From Acidimicrobiales bacterium (GTDB lineage Bacteria > Actinomycetota > Acidimicrobiia > Acidimicrobiales > GCA-2861595), in NCBI GenBank assembly GCA_035536185.1, contig DATLOM010000018.1, positions 135,865 to 199,864 of the forward strand: 64,000 bases of DNA. Reading direction: 5' to 3'. The position numbers and the translations under genes are program-made. The notes under the pieces were generated by a model that saw nothing but the letters and a program-made list of their open reading frames with translations, made no database searches and was not told where the DNA came from. Shown here in pieces: positions 52,006 through 61,198 of this stretch. Position 1 is the stretch's first letter. Each line of letters opens with the position of its first letter.

Positions 52006-53109
52006 ATGCGGATCGCGCTGGTGGGCACCCGCGGCGTGCCGGCCCGCTATGGAGGGTTCGAAACCGCCGCCGAGGAGATCGGGCGGCGCCTGGTCGAGCG
52101 GGGTCACGAGGTGGTCGTCTACTGCCGCAACGCGGATCCGGAACAAGTCGAGTACCTGGGAATGGAGCTCGTTCACCTGCGGTCGCTGCGGCTGAAGTTC
52201 AGTGAGACCCTCACTCATACCGCGATGTCGCTGATGCATCTTCGGAGCCGGCCGGTGGACGTCGCCGTCGTCTTCAATGCCGCGAACGCCCCACTTCTAC
52301 CCATAGTTCGCCGGCGCGGGATCCCGGTGGCGGTTCACGTCGACGGCCTCGAGTCGTTGCGAGCCAAATGGGGCGGGATCGGCCGTGCCTATTACAAGAA
52401 GGCCGAGAAGGTGGCCGTCAGGTGGGCCGACGAGCTGATCGCCGATGCTCGAGGGATCCAGGAGCACTACGCCCTCACCTACGGCGTGTCCAGCCGGCTC
52501 ATCGCTTACGGCGCGCCCCTCCTGTACGACCGTCCCGATCATCGGCTGGAAGAGCTGGGCCTGAGGAGCGCCAGGTACCACCTAGTCGTCGCCCGCTTCG
52601 AGCCGGAGAACTGCATCGACGTCATAGTCGACGGCTACCAGCAGAGTGAGGCGGAGCTCCCGCTGATCGTCGTCGGGTCGGCCCCGTACGGGAACCGGTA
52701 CCGGCAGCGGGTGGAATCACGGGCGGCGAACGACGAGAGGGTCCGCCTCCTCGGGCCGGTCTGGGACCAGGAGCTACTCGACCAGCTGTACGCCCACGCC
52801 TCCAGCTACGTGCATGGTCATTCGGTCGGAGGTACGAACCCGTCGCTGCTGCGAGCCATGGGTGCCGGCGCTCCCGTCATCGCCATCGACGTCCGGTTCA
52901 CGCGGGAGGTGCTCGAGGACACCGGCGTGTTCTTCCGGGGCCCATCCGACCTCGCCGGCCTGATCAGCGGTGCGGAGGCCGATCCGAAGGCCGCGAGAGA
53001 ACGCGGCCGGCGAGGCCGGGAACGCGCCGCCTCGGCCTACGTGTGGGAGGACGTGGTGGACGACTACGAGCGGATGTGCCAGCGGCTGCACGAGGATGCG
53101 CAGAGCTAG
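52006..53109 (+). CDS. GT4-family glycosyltransferase with a DUF1972-type N-terminus
   Basis: Trimmed to ATG 52006. It shows MRIALVGTRGVPARYGGFETAAEEIGRRLVERGHEVVVYC and the C-terminal motif GHSVGGTNPSLLRAMGAG. Confidence 0.8.
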   Translation: MRIALVGTRGVPARYGGFETAAEEIGRRLVERGHEVVVYCRNADPEQVEYLGMELVHLRSLRLKFSETLTHTAMSLMHLRSRPVDVAVVFNAANAPLLPIVRRRGIPVAVHVDGLESLRAKWGGIGRAYYKKAEKVAVRWADELIADARGIQEHYALTYGVSSRLIAYGAPLLYDRPDHRLEELGLRSARYHLVVARFEPENCIDVIVDGYQQSEAELPLIVVGSAPYGNRYRQRVESRAANDERVRLLGPVWDQELLDQLYAHASSYVHGHSVGGTNPSLLRAMGAGAPVIAIDVRFTREVLEDTGVFFRGPSDLAGLISGAEADPKAARERGRRGRERAASAYVWEDVVDDYERMCQRLHEDAQS

Positions 53110-53124
53110 CCAAGCCACTCCGGC

Positions 53125-54366
53125 TCAGGCAGCCGCGGTCACCAACTCGGCCGCCTCGGCGTAGAGCCGGTCGAGGCCCTGTAGGTGCCCCGGGATCGAG
53201 TAGTCCCGCTCTACCTTGACTCGTCCGGCTCGGCCCATCGCCGCGGCCCGGTCGGTGTCGGAAAGAAGAGCGTTGAGCGCGGTAGCCAGGGCGCGAGGGT
53301 CCTCGGGCGGAACGAGAAGACCGTCCACCCCGGGTTCGATCAGCTCCCGGACGCCGCCGCGATCCGAGCCGACCACGGCGACACCGGACGCGAAAGCCTC
53401 GAGAATGATCATCGGCTGGTTCTCGTAGAACCGGGACGGGATGGCAAGCACGGCCGCAGCATCGAGATGCTGTTGCAGTTCGACCTTGGAGAGGCGACCG
53501 AGAAAGCGGACCCGCCCGGGGGCCACCCGCGAGGCCAGCTCCTCCAGCTTCTCCTGCTCGGGCCCCTCCCCGGCGATGTCCAGGATCGTGGAAGCATCCA
53601 TCCACTGGAGCGCTTCGACGACGAGATCGACGCCCTTCTCAACGGAGAGCCGTCCGGCGAAGAGAAGCCCCTTCTTGAGGGTGGCGGTTCGCCCCCGCCC
53701 TGATGCCTGGGCGAAATGTGGCAGCACGCGCAGTTTGTCGGGGAACACGCCGGCTTCCGTCATCTTCGCCGCAATGAACCGGCTCGGGCAGATGAACAGC
53801 TGGATGGGCGCGTAGGCCCTGAAGTAGGTGTGAAGGGTGAGCTCGCCGGCGAGGAGGGCGCTTTCGACGAGCGACCCGTTCTTGCACCGCCGCAGGACGG
53901 CGTTCTGGAACTTGCCGCCGAGGCATGCCTCGCACACCTTGCCCTTGTCGAGGAAGTGGTAGGTGGGGCAGGCGAGCTTGAAATCGTGAAGGGTCATGAC
54001 ACTGGGCACACGGTGCTGGGCCAACGGTCGCAGGATCGACGGCGAGAGCTGGTGGTGGATGATGTGGAGGTGGGCCACATCCGGCTTGAACTCCCGGATC
54101 ACCTTTTCCATCCCGGCTGCCGACGACGAGCTCCATACCATCCGGGCGGCCGCTTTCAACTTTCCGGCCACACCGGCAGGAGCCGGATTGAGCTCCAAGT
54201 AGGTGGGGAAATGCTGTTCCAGGGGCGCCGGCTCGTTGTCCGGGTGCTGCATCGAGAAGAAGGTCACGTCGTGACCGGCCTGTCGTTGCAGTGCCGCCAG
54301 CTCCAGCATGTACGCCTCCGAGCCGCCCCTGCGGTGGAGGAACTTGTTCACGTGGAGTATCCGCAT
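53125..54366 (-). CDS. GT4-family glycosyltransferase
   Basis: It shows MRILHVNKFLHRRGGSEAYM, FAGRLSVEKG, and an E-x7-E region (ENQPMIILEAFASG). Confidence 0.8.
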   Translation of the reverse strand: MRILHVNKFLHRRGGSEAYMLELAALQRQAGHDVTFFSMQHPDNEPAPLEQHFPTYLELNPAPAGVAGKLKAAARMVWSSSSAAGMEKVIREFKPDVAHLHIIHHQLSPSILRPLAQHRVPSVMTLHDFKLACPTYHFLDKGKVCEACLGGKFQNAVLRRCKNGSLVESALLAGELTLHTYFRAYAPIQLFICPSRFIAAKMTEAGVFPDKLRVLPHFAQASGRGRTATLKKGLLFAGRLSVEKGVDLVVEALQWMDASTILDIAGEGPEQEKLEELASRVAPGRVRFLGRLSKVELQQHLDAAAVLAIPSRFYENQPMIILEAFASGVAVVGSDRGGVRELIEPGVDGLLVPPEDPRALATALNALLSDTDRAAAMGRAGRVKVERDYSIPGHLQGLDRLYAEAAELVTAAA

Positions 54367-54429
54367 CAGTTGGGCGAACGTCCTCTCGAGGCGTCAAGGC
54401 CGATACTACAGCCGCAGAGGCGGCCGTCC

Positions 54430-55386
54430 TCAGCCGAGGCGCACCTCGCGGGACGCCCGGTTGTCCCGGCGCTCGACCATCTGTGCGGGCGCCACCGCGC
54501 ACATCAGGGCCCGGAGTGTCACGCTTCCCGCCGGGTCGAGGCCGCCCCGCACGCTCCGATCCTGCAGCGCGGCCCGCAGCATCGCCCACCGGGCGGCACC
54601 GGCTCGACCGACCCGGGCATGGGCATATCCTTCGAGCAGCCGGACCCGCGCCCGACGCCGCCGAAGTGCCTGCTCGACAATAGGGCGCTCCTCCGCGGTC
54701 ACCTGATCGAGAAGCTCTTCCAGGATGACGATGTCCCAGGCCAGGTAGCGCTCGCCGGACGAGAGGCTGTCCGGTCGGTTCCGGAAGGCGACCGTGCAGG
54801 TGCCCGGCACGGCCACCCTGCACCCGTTGCGGATCATGCGTATCCAGAGGTCCCAGTCCTCGTCGCAGCGCAGATCGCGGAAACCGCCGACGGCGTCGTA
54901 GCTCGCCCGCTCCATGACAACGTTGGAGAAGAGAAAGTTGCGGCGCAGGATCTCCCGGGGTTGATCCTGCTCTGCCGGAATGGCGGCGATCAGGTTCCAG
55001 GGGGTCTTCGCGACCCGACGCTCCGGCACCCAGCGGAAGCCGGCGGCTGCGACTATTCCGCCATGCCGGGCGTGACATTCCAGCATGACCTCGAGGTGGT
55101 CGGGCAACAAGTAGTCATCGGCGTCGAGCAGGGCCAGGAGCTCGCCTGAGGACCGGGCGATACCATCCCGGCGCGCCACTCCGAGACCTTCGTTCTCGGG
55201 CTTGGTCACCAGTACGAGTGGGAGGTGGTCCGACCACCGCCTCGCGATCTCCCCCGTCTCGTCGGTGGAGCCGTCGTCGATGACGACCACCTCGTCCGCC
55301 GGACGCGACTGCGCCGCAACGGAAGCCAGGGCGGCATCGAGGAAGCGACCGGCATTGAACGCAGGAATGATCATCGACACAGTCAT
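54430..55386 (-). CDS. GT2-family glycosyltransferase (paralogue of 58758-59771)
   Basis: Trimmed to ATG 55386. It shows MIIPAFNAGRFLDAALASV, VVVIDDGSTDET, LLDADD and EDWDLWIRM. Confidence 0.8.
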   Translation of the reverse strand: MTVSMIIPAFNAGRFLDAALASVAAQSRPADEVVVIDDGSTDETGEIARRWSDHLPLVLVTKPENEGLGVARRDGIARSSGELLALLDADDYLLPDHLEVMLECHARHGGIVAAAGFRWVPERRVAKTPWNLIAAIPAEQDQPREILRRNFLFSNVVMERASYDAVGGFRDLRCDEDWDLWIRMIRNGCRVAVPGTCTVAFRNRPDSLSSGERYLAWDIVILEELLDQVTAEERPIVEQALRRRRARVRLLEGYAHARVGRAGAARWAMLRAALQDRSVRGGLDPAGSVTLRALMCAVAPAQMVERRDNRASREVRLG

Positions 55387-55583
55387 CTGTCCCGCCTTCT
55401 TCGAGAGACGGCGAATGCTAGATGCCGTCCCCGACAGTCCTCCCGACCAGGATCGTGCCGCCGCTACCGCTACCGTGCCCCATCGTGGCGGAAACCCAGA
55501 CGGTCGACACCCTGGAGCGCCAGGAGCGCCCGGAGACTCCGAGCTCAGGCGGCCGGGAGCGGGTACCGCGGCGGGAGCCGGTG

Positions 55584-56870
55584 ATGATCTACATGCTGGC
55601 CTGTCTCGTCCTGCTGGCCGGTGGCTTGTGGGCGGCGGCCCACCACCGTGAGCAAGAGCAGCCCTCGCCGGTGCCGGCGCCGGCGCCGGAGCGGCAAGGC
55701 TCTGCGGCCGAGGGGCCCGGAGCGGTATCGCCTCCCGCCATGGCCGAGTCACCGGAGACTCCGCCCTCGGTCGTCACTCAGGCGCCGAAGCCGAAGCCAC
55801 CTCCCACACCCCCGACAACCGCTCCGATCCGGTCGAGGAACGCCCAGCAGTGGCCCTTCTCCTCCGACAGCATCTGGAACATGCCGATCGGTTCAGGTGC
55901 GACCTTTGCCGACCCGAACTTCTTCCAGCCGCCCAACGGTTACGGCTCCGACGCCAACCCGATCGTCATGTCGCCCTCCAGCCCGCTGCGCCCGATCCAC
56001 ACCCACGCCTGGCCCGCCCGCTGCCACAAGAGCGGCGACGCCTACAGCGGTGTCTCGGTCCCCATCCCCGACGACTATGTGGTGGCCCCCGACGACGGCA
56101 ACTGGGATGGCAAGACGCCCAACCTCTCGGGGGGCGTGCTGCTGGCTGACGGGAGGACCGTCCGGGAGCTCAACTACTTCTCCCGCTGTGAAGCCGGTGG
56201 GCCGGCGAGCGTCACCACCGACGGGATGCGCAGCACCCACGACCTCTACGGCAACGGGCGCCCGGATTCGTTCCTCGGGGGCCACGGCGGATCGGGGCTG
56301 AGTGGTGTCGGCGGCAGCATCCGCCGGGGGGAGCTGATCGGTGCCGCCCCGATCCGCCACGTCACCAAGCTGACCGTCGACATGAGCCGGTGGGGCACCC
56401 GTGAAGGGGGCCGCAACGCCCATCAGTGGCCCGCCTACGTCGCCGACTCCGACACCACCAGCCAGACCTACGGGCTCAACGCCCGCGGCTACACGCCGAT
56501 CCTCAAGATGGGATCACTGCTGGCCATCCCTGGGCCGGTCGACCTCGACTCGCTCGGCCTGGAGACCCGTCCCGCCCGCAAGCTGGCCGAGGCCTGGCAG
56601 AACTACGGCTCCTACGTCGTGGACAACTCCGGGTTCGACACCGGCTGGGGCCAGAACCTGCTCAACGTCGAGCACGGCGTCAAGGCCGAGATGGCCGCCG
56701 CCGGCATCAACATGTCGACCTATTCGAGCTCAGGCTGGTCCGACACCGCCTGGAACCGGGACATGAACCGCCTCTTCGACCAGCTCCACCACGTCACCAA
56801 CAACGGCCCCGGCAGCATCGGTGGCGGCGGCACCCCCCGGGTGGCGCTGGCACCGCCGTTGGTCCCGTAG
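55584..56870 (+). CDS. Membrane-anchored protein carrying the same ~370-aa domain (paralogue 3)
   Basis: The likely start is ATG 55584 (MIYMLACLVLLAGGLWAAA, a transmembrane anchor). A Pro-rich linker follows, then QQWPFSSDSIWNMPIGSGATF...GGGGTPRVALAPP. Confidence 0.7.
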   Translation: MIYMLACLVLLAGGLWAAAHHREQEQPSPVPAPAPERQGSAAEGPGAVSPPAMAESPETPPSVVTQAPKPKPPPTPPTTAPIRSRNAQQWPFSSDSIWNMPIGSGATFADPNFFQPPNGYGSDANPIVMSPSSPLRPIHTHAWPARCHKSGDAYSGVSVPIPDDYVVAPDDGNWDGKTPNLSGGVLLADGRTVRELNYFSRCEAGGPASVTTDGMRSTHDLYGNGRPDSFLGGHGGSGLSGVGGSIRRGELIGAAPIRHVTKLTVDMSRWGTREGGRNAHQWPAYVADSDTTSQTYGLNARGYTPILKMGSLLAIPGPVDLDSLGLETRPARKLAEAWQNYGSYVVDNSGFDTGWGQNLLNVEHGVKAEMAAAGINMSTYSSSGWSDTAWNRDMNRLFDQLHHVTNNGPGSIGGGGTPRVALAPPLVP

Positions 56871-57030
56871 CTGGCCCGTCTTCGACAGAAAAAACCCTCA
56901 ACCTGATTCATCGAGCAGGCGGAAGGGTTATATACTAGACGTTGCGTGGTGTTCGGACCGCGTAGAGTGATGGGATTGGCGCCCCGCCCGGGGCCGCTCA
57001 GCGTGCGCTTGAGCCAAGGAAGGGGCCGAC

Positions 57031-58746
57031 ATGGCGAAACCGAGAGTTGCAGCTATCGGCATCGACGCAGCCGAGTGGGCCGCAGTGGAGTCGCTGGTCG
57101 AGGAGGGCGCGCTGCCCAACATCGAGAAGCATCTGGATGCCAGCTCCATGCTCGAGATGCACGGAGATGCTCCTTACCGGGCCGAGGCGAGCTGGACCGA
57201 GTTCCTGACGGGCCGGAAGGCGGCGGACAACAGGTACTGGTCGACGGCGCAGTTCGACCCGGGTACCTACGAGATGTGGGAGGTGGGCGCCTACCGAGGA
57301 GTCCCCTTCTACGGGCGGCCCGACATCAAGTCCATCGTGTTCGACACGCCCCACGCCCACCTGGCGCCCGAGGCTCGGGGAGTGCAGATCACCGGATGGG
57401 GCGCCCACTCTCCGCAGTTCCCCACGGCCTCGTCACCCCGGGCTCTCGTCGCCGAAGTCGACAGGCGCTTCGGCGTTCACCGCGCGATCAAATCGGACAG
57501 CCTCGTCGGGTGGCACAACGACACGTACGGCCGCAACCTGACCGAAGCCATGCTCGACGGCCTCGACAAGAAAGCCGACATCAGCGCCTGGCTGCTCGAT
57601 GAGTACCCCGACTGGGACCTGTTCGTGACGGTGCTGTCCGAGACCCATGTGGCCGGCCACCAGTTCCTGCACGGGGTGCTCGAAAAGCATCCCCTGCACG
57701 GTTCTCGGTTCTCGCCTGCCGCCGACGCGCACTTCCGGGCCACCTACAGCAAGGTCGACGAGGTGATCGGCCGGCTGACCGCCAGCCTGGGTGACGACAC
57801 CACGGTCGTGCTGTTCGCCGTGCACGGTATGGCGTGGAACGGTGCCGACACGGCCTGCGTCTGGTTGCCCGAGCTCCTCCACCGGATGAGCTTCGGGAAG
57901 CCGTTCATCGACTTTCCCGCCTGGACGCCTGGAATGCCCCTGGTCGACCTCGAGCCGGAGATGGCGCCGGTGGAGTACCTGTTGAGGTACACAACCGAGC
58001 CGGTGGGCAGCATGTACAAGTCGAAGCCGTCCGCTCTCAAGAACCGGATCGCCTGGGGGATGAGGCGGATGACGCCACCCGGCCCGCTGACAACCATCGA
58101 AGGGATGTGGAGGCGTGCCTCAGGGGTGAAGTCACGCCATGTGTGGTGGGAGATGGATGTCCGCGAGCCGGGGTCGCCCACCACGGACCTCGCCATGGCC
58201 AGCGCCCGCCAGCCCTGCGACTATCACGTCGCCTCGTGGTTCTGCGCCCACTGGCCGAAGATGAGGTACTTCGTACTCCCGTCATTCTCCGACACCCACA
58301 TCCGGATCAACCTGAAGGGCCGGGAGCAGAACGGCCTTGTCGACCCCCGCGAGTACGGCAAGGTGCTCGACGAGGTCGAGGAGATGCTGCGGGGGCTCAC
58401 GAATGCCCGCACCGGTACACCCGTCGTGGCCGAGACGTACCGCGTGAGGGCTGACGACCCCATGAACCCCGACGGGCCTACGGCGGACCTGGTCATCACC
58501 TTCGCCGACGTCGCCGATGTCGTCCACTCCCCCGATGTCGGCGTGGTCGGGCCGTGCCCCTTCCTCCGCTCGGGGGAGCACACCAACAACGGGTGGGCCG
58601 CCTTCCGCACCCCCAGTGGCGCCTCCGGAGCGTTGGGAGAGGGCCGCCCGCTCGACCTCGCGCCCACCCTGCTCGACCTCTTGGGACGGCCGCAGTCACC
58701 TCTCAACACCGGTCGCTCGGTCGCGCCGCTACTCCAGAGTCGCTGA
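57031..58746 (+). CDS. Alkaline-phosphatase-superfamily (type I phosphodiesterase / nucleotide pyrophosphatase-like) protein
   Basis: It shows VAAIGIDAA at the N-terminus, plus SETHVAGHQF and FAVHGM. The family assignment is tentative. Confidence 0.45.
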   Translation: MAKPRVAAIGIDAAEWAAVESLVEEGALPNIEKHLDASSMLEMHGDAPYRAEASWTEFLTGRKAADNRYWSTAQFDPGTYEMWEVGAYRGVPFYGRPDIKSIVFDTPHAHLAPEARGVQITGWGAHSPQFPTASSPRALVAEVDRRFGVHRAIKSDSLVGWHNDTYGRNLTEAMLDGLDKKADISAWLLDEYPDWDLFVTVLSETHVAGHQFLHGVLEKHPLHGSRFSPAADAHFRATYSKVDEVIGRLTASLGDDTTVVLFAVHGMAWNGADTACVWLPELLHRMSFGKPFIDFPAWTPGMPLVDLEPEMAPVEYLLRYTTEPVGSMYKSKPSALKNRIAWGMRRMTPPGPLTTIEGMWRRASGVKSRHVWWEMDVREPGSPTTDLAMASARQPCDYHVASWFCAHWPKMRYFVLPSFSDTHIRINLKGREQNGLVDPREYGKVLDEVEEMLRGLTNARTGTPVVAETYRVRADDPMNPDGPTADLVITFADVADVVHSPDVGVVGPCPFLRSGEHTNNGWAAFRTPSGASGALGEGRPLDLAPTLLDLLGRPQSPLNTGRSVAPLLQSR

Positions 58747-58757
58747 GGCTCGTACCG

Positions 58758-59771
58758 ATGGCGGAGGAGCCCCCGCTCCCAGGCAGCACCGGAGGAGGAC
58801 GAGGCGGCGGCGAGACGATCAGCGTGATCGTGCCGGCCTACAACGCCGCTGAGTTCCTCGATGCCACCCTCGCCTCCGTCGTCGCCCAGTCGCGGGCGCC
58901 CGACGAGGTGGTGGTCCTCGACGATGCCTCCACCGACGACACTGCCGTCGTGGCCAAGCGATGGGCGGACCTTTTGCCCCTGGTGCTGGTCGAACGAAGG
59001 CAGAACGAGGGCCTCGGGGCGGCTCGCCAGCTGGCCATCGAGCACTCCAGCGGCTCGCTGATCGCCCTCCTCGATTCCGACGACTACTGGTTGCCGGACC
59101 ACCTCGCCGTGTTGCAGGCCGCGTGGGAGCGTGCCGGGGGCGTGGTCACAGCCGACAAGATCGACTGGGTCCCGGGCCGGCGCCTCAGCCGCACCAGCTG
59201 GGCCGAGAGTGTCGCCATCCCGGCGCCGGAGCTCCAGGCCCAGGCGATCATCTCCGGGAACTTCGGCTTGTACTGCTCGCTGTTCAGCCGAGCCGACTAC
59301 GAAGCGGCCGGCGGCTTTCGGCCGCTGCGGAAGAGCGAGGACTGGGACCTCTGGATCCGGATGGTCCGAAGTGGCAGCCCCCTACGGGTCGCTCCCACGC
59401 CGACGGTCATCTACCGAAAGCGTCCGGACAGCCTCTCGGCCAACAACGGCTGCATCGGGGCGGAGATCGCCATCCTCGAGGGTCTCTGCCAAGAGGTGGG
59501 CCCGGATGAGCAGCCCATCGTCCACCGGGCGCTGCGGCTGTACCGGGCGCGCCATGAGTACCTCGCAGCCTTTGCCGACGTCGCCGACGGTTCGGTAAGT
59601 CGCGCCCGATGGCGCTGGTTGCGGGCTGCTGCCCGGGACCGCCGGGTCGGCCGCGGCCCAGGGGGCTACCCGAGTGTCGCTCTACGGGCCGTCGCCTGCA
59701 GCGTCGCCCCCCGCAGGGCGCTGGCCATTCAGCGCTCGCGGCAATCCGACGTGAAGCTGCTCGCGAAGTAG
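58758..59771 (+). CDS. GT2-family glycosyltransferase (paralogue of 54430-55386)
   Basis: Trimmed to ATG 58758. It shows ISVIVPAYNAAEFLDATLASV, VVVLDDASTDDT, LLDSDD and EDWDLWIRM. Confidence 0.8.
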   Translation: MAEEPPLPGSTGGGRGGGETISVIVPAYNAAEFLDATLASVVAQSRAPDEVVVLDDASTDDTAVVAKRWADLLPLVLVERRQNEGLGAARQLAIEHSSGSLIALLDSDDYWLPDHLAVLQAAWERAGGVVTADKIDWVPGRRLSRTSWAESVAIPAPELQAQAIISGNFGLYCSLFSRADYEAAGGFRPLRKSEDWDLWIRMVRSGSPLRVAPTPTVIYRKRPDSLSANNGCIGAEIAILEGLCQEVGPDEQPIVHRALRLYRARHEYLAAFADVADGSVSRARWRWLRAAARDRRVGRGPGGYPSVALRAVACSVAPRRALAIQRSRQSDVKLLAK

Positions 59772-59775
59772 CCGG

Positions 59776-61155
59776 TTGACCGTCGGCATGAAGCCTTCGG
59801 CTGAGGCTGCCGAAGGGCTGCGCCGGCCATCGGTAGCGCAGTCGATGCTGGTCACCGTCGGCGCCAGCGCGGTCACTCTGGTGGTGACCCTCTTCACCGG
59901 CGTCCTCACCGCCCGGCTGCTCAACCCCGCCGGCCGGGGTGAGGTCGCGGCCGTCGTGGGATGGGCCACCACGGTTGCCCTCCTCGCGTCGCTCGGGTCC
60001 AAGGAGTCCGTCACCTACCTCCAGTCGAAGGAGCCGGCTCACGCCCGCTCCCTGCTCACCACTTCGATCGTTTACATCTGCCTGCTGGGATCGGCAGGCG
60101 TGGCCGTGGCCGAGCTGCTGGTGCCGATCGGGTTCGCATCCCAGCGGGGCGAGGTCGTCGATCTGGTGCGGGTATTTCTCCTCATGACGGTGCCGATCAT
60201 GATGTGGGAGGGCCTCATCGGGGTTCTGAACGGCCATCAGCTGTTCGTGGCCGCCAGCGCCGCTCGTGTCGGCCAGCTCACCGCCTTCGCAGTCGGCCTC
60301 TTCGCGCTGTGGCAGCTGGACCGGGTCCACGTGCTCTCGGTACTGCTGGCGCAGGCTCTCAGCCACGTGGGCACCGCCGCTGTGCTGATCGTCTTTCTCG
60401 GGCACCGGGTCGGTTTCGGCCGCTTCTCACCGGCCCTGGCCCGCCGGATGCTCACGGACGGCCTGAAGCTGCACATGGGCAGCCTGGGCAGCATCGGCAA
60501 CGCCCGGATGGACATCCTGGTGATGCCGGCGATCCTGGCTCCGAGGGAGATCGGGCTGTACGCGGTGGCGGTGAGCGGCGCCTCCATCGTCGTCTCGCTC
60601 TTCGGCGGCCTCCGCGCCGTCGTCTATCCCATCGCCGCCCGCCGCGGGGCGGACAGCGGCATGCCGCTGGTCGAGACGACCCTGCGCTTCACCATGACGG
60701 GGGCGTTCCTCGTCGGTGCCGTCCTGGCGCTGGGCGCGCCGTTCCTCGTGCGCCTTCTCTACGGCGACGACTTCGCCGGCGCCGTCCGGTCCCTGCAGAT
60801 CCTGATCCCCGGTCTCGTGCTGTGGTCGGGGGCGGCGATCCTCGGCGGCGGGATGAATGCCCTCGGCAAGCCGCTCCTCACCAGCCTGGCCCAGTTCGCC
60901 GGCCTCGCCGTCACCGTGGTGGGGCTGCTGGTGACCTTGCCCACGCTCGGGATCGTCGGTGCCGCACTCACCTCCACGCTGGCCTACGGGACCGTCTTTG
61001 GGATCCTCTTGGTCCTCCTGTCCCGGCAACCCGGCTTCTCGGCCCGCCGCGCCCTGTCGCCGCGGCGCTTCGTCCATGACGCGGTGAGGCTTCTGGCCAT
61101 GGCCAACGGCGCCGCCCGGCGGAGGCGGCACGAGCACGAGCACGAGCACGAGTGA
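59776..61155 (+). CDS. Wzx-like polysaccharide flippase (MOP superfamily)
   Basis: 459 aa with about 12 or more hydrophobic helices. Its N-terminus is typical of polysaccharide biosynthesis proteins. The C-terminus is RRRRHEHEHEHE. Confidence 0.6.
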   Translation: MTVGMKPSAEAAEGLRRPSVAQSMLVTVGASAVTLVVTLFTGVLTARLLNPAGRGEVAAVVGWATTVALLASLGSKESVTYLQSKEPAHARSLLTTSIVYICLLGSAGVAVAELLVPIGFASQRGEVVDLVRVFLLMTVPIMMWEGLIGVLNGHQLFVAASAARVGQLTAFAVGLFALWQLDRVHVLSVLLAQALSHVGTAAVLIVFLGHRVGFGRFSPALARRMLTDGLKLHMGSLGSIGNARMDILVMPAILAPREIGLYAVAVSGASIVVSLFGGLRAVVYPIAARRGADSGMPLVETTLRFTMTGAFLVGAVLALGAPFLVRLLYGDDFAGAVRSLQILIPGLVLWSGAAILGGGMNALGKPLLTSLAQFAGLAVTVVGLLVTLPTLGIVGAALTSTLAYGTVFGILLVLLSRQPGFSARRALSPRRFVHDAVRLLAMANGAARRRRHEHEHEHE

Positions 61156-61198
61156 CCCCGAGACTCGCCGGGTCAGCCGCCCGGATCAGCTGCCCGGA

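Noticed and set aside
55387-55583. A possible third c-di-GMP riboswitch upstream of paralogue 3.
   Set aside because: No GGCAAA or CGCAAAG elements and no comparable hairpin pattern are present. The sequence is unrelated to the two tandem leaders.
56871-57030. An AT-richer patch with a TATACT hexamer (56931-56936) upstream of the AlkP-like gene, as a possible promoter.
   Set aside because: Only a -10-like hexamer is seen. The -35 match is poor (TTCATC), and the call cannot be validated from sequence alone.
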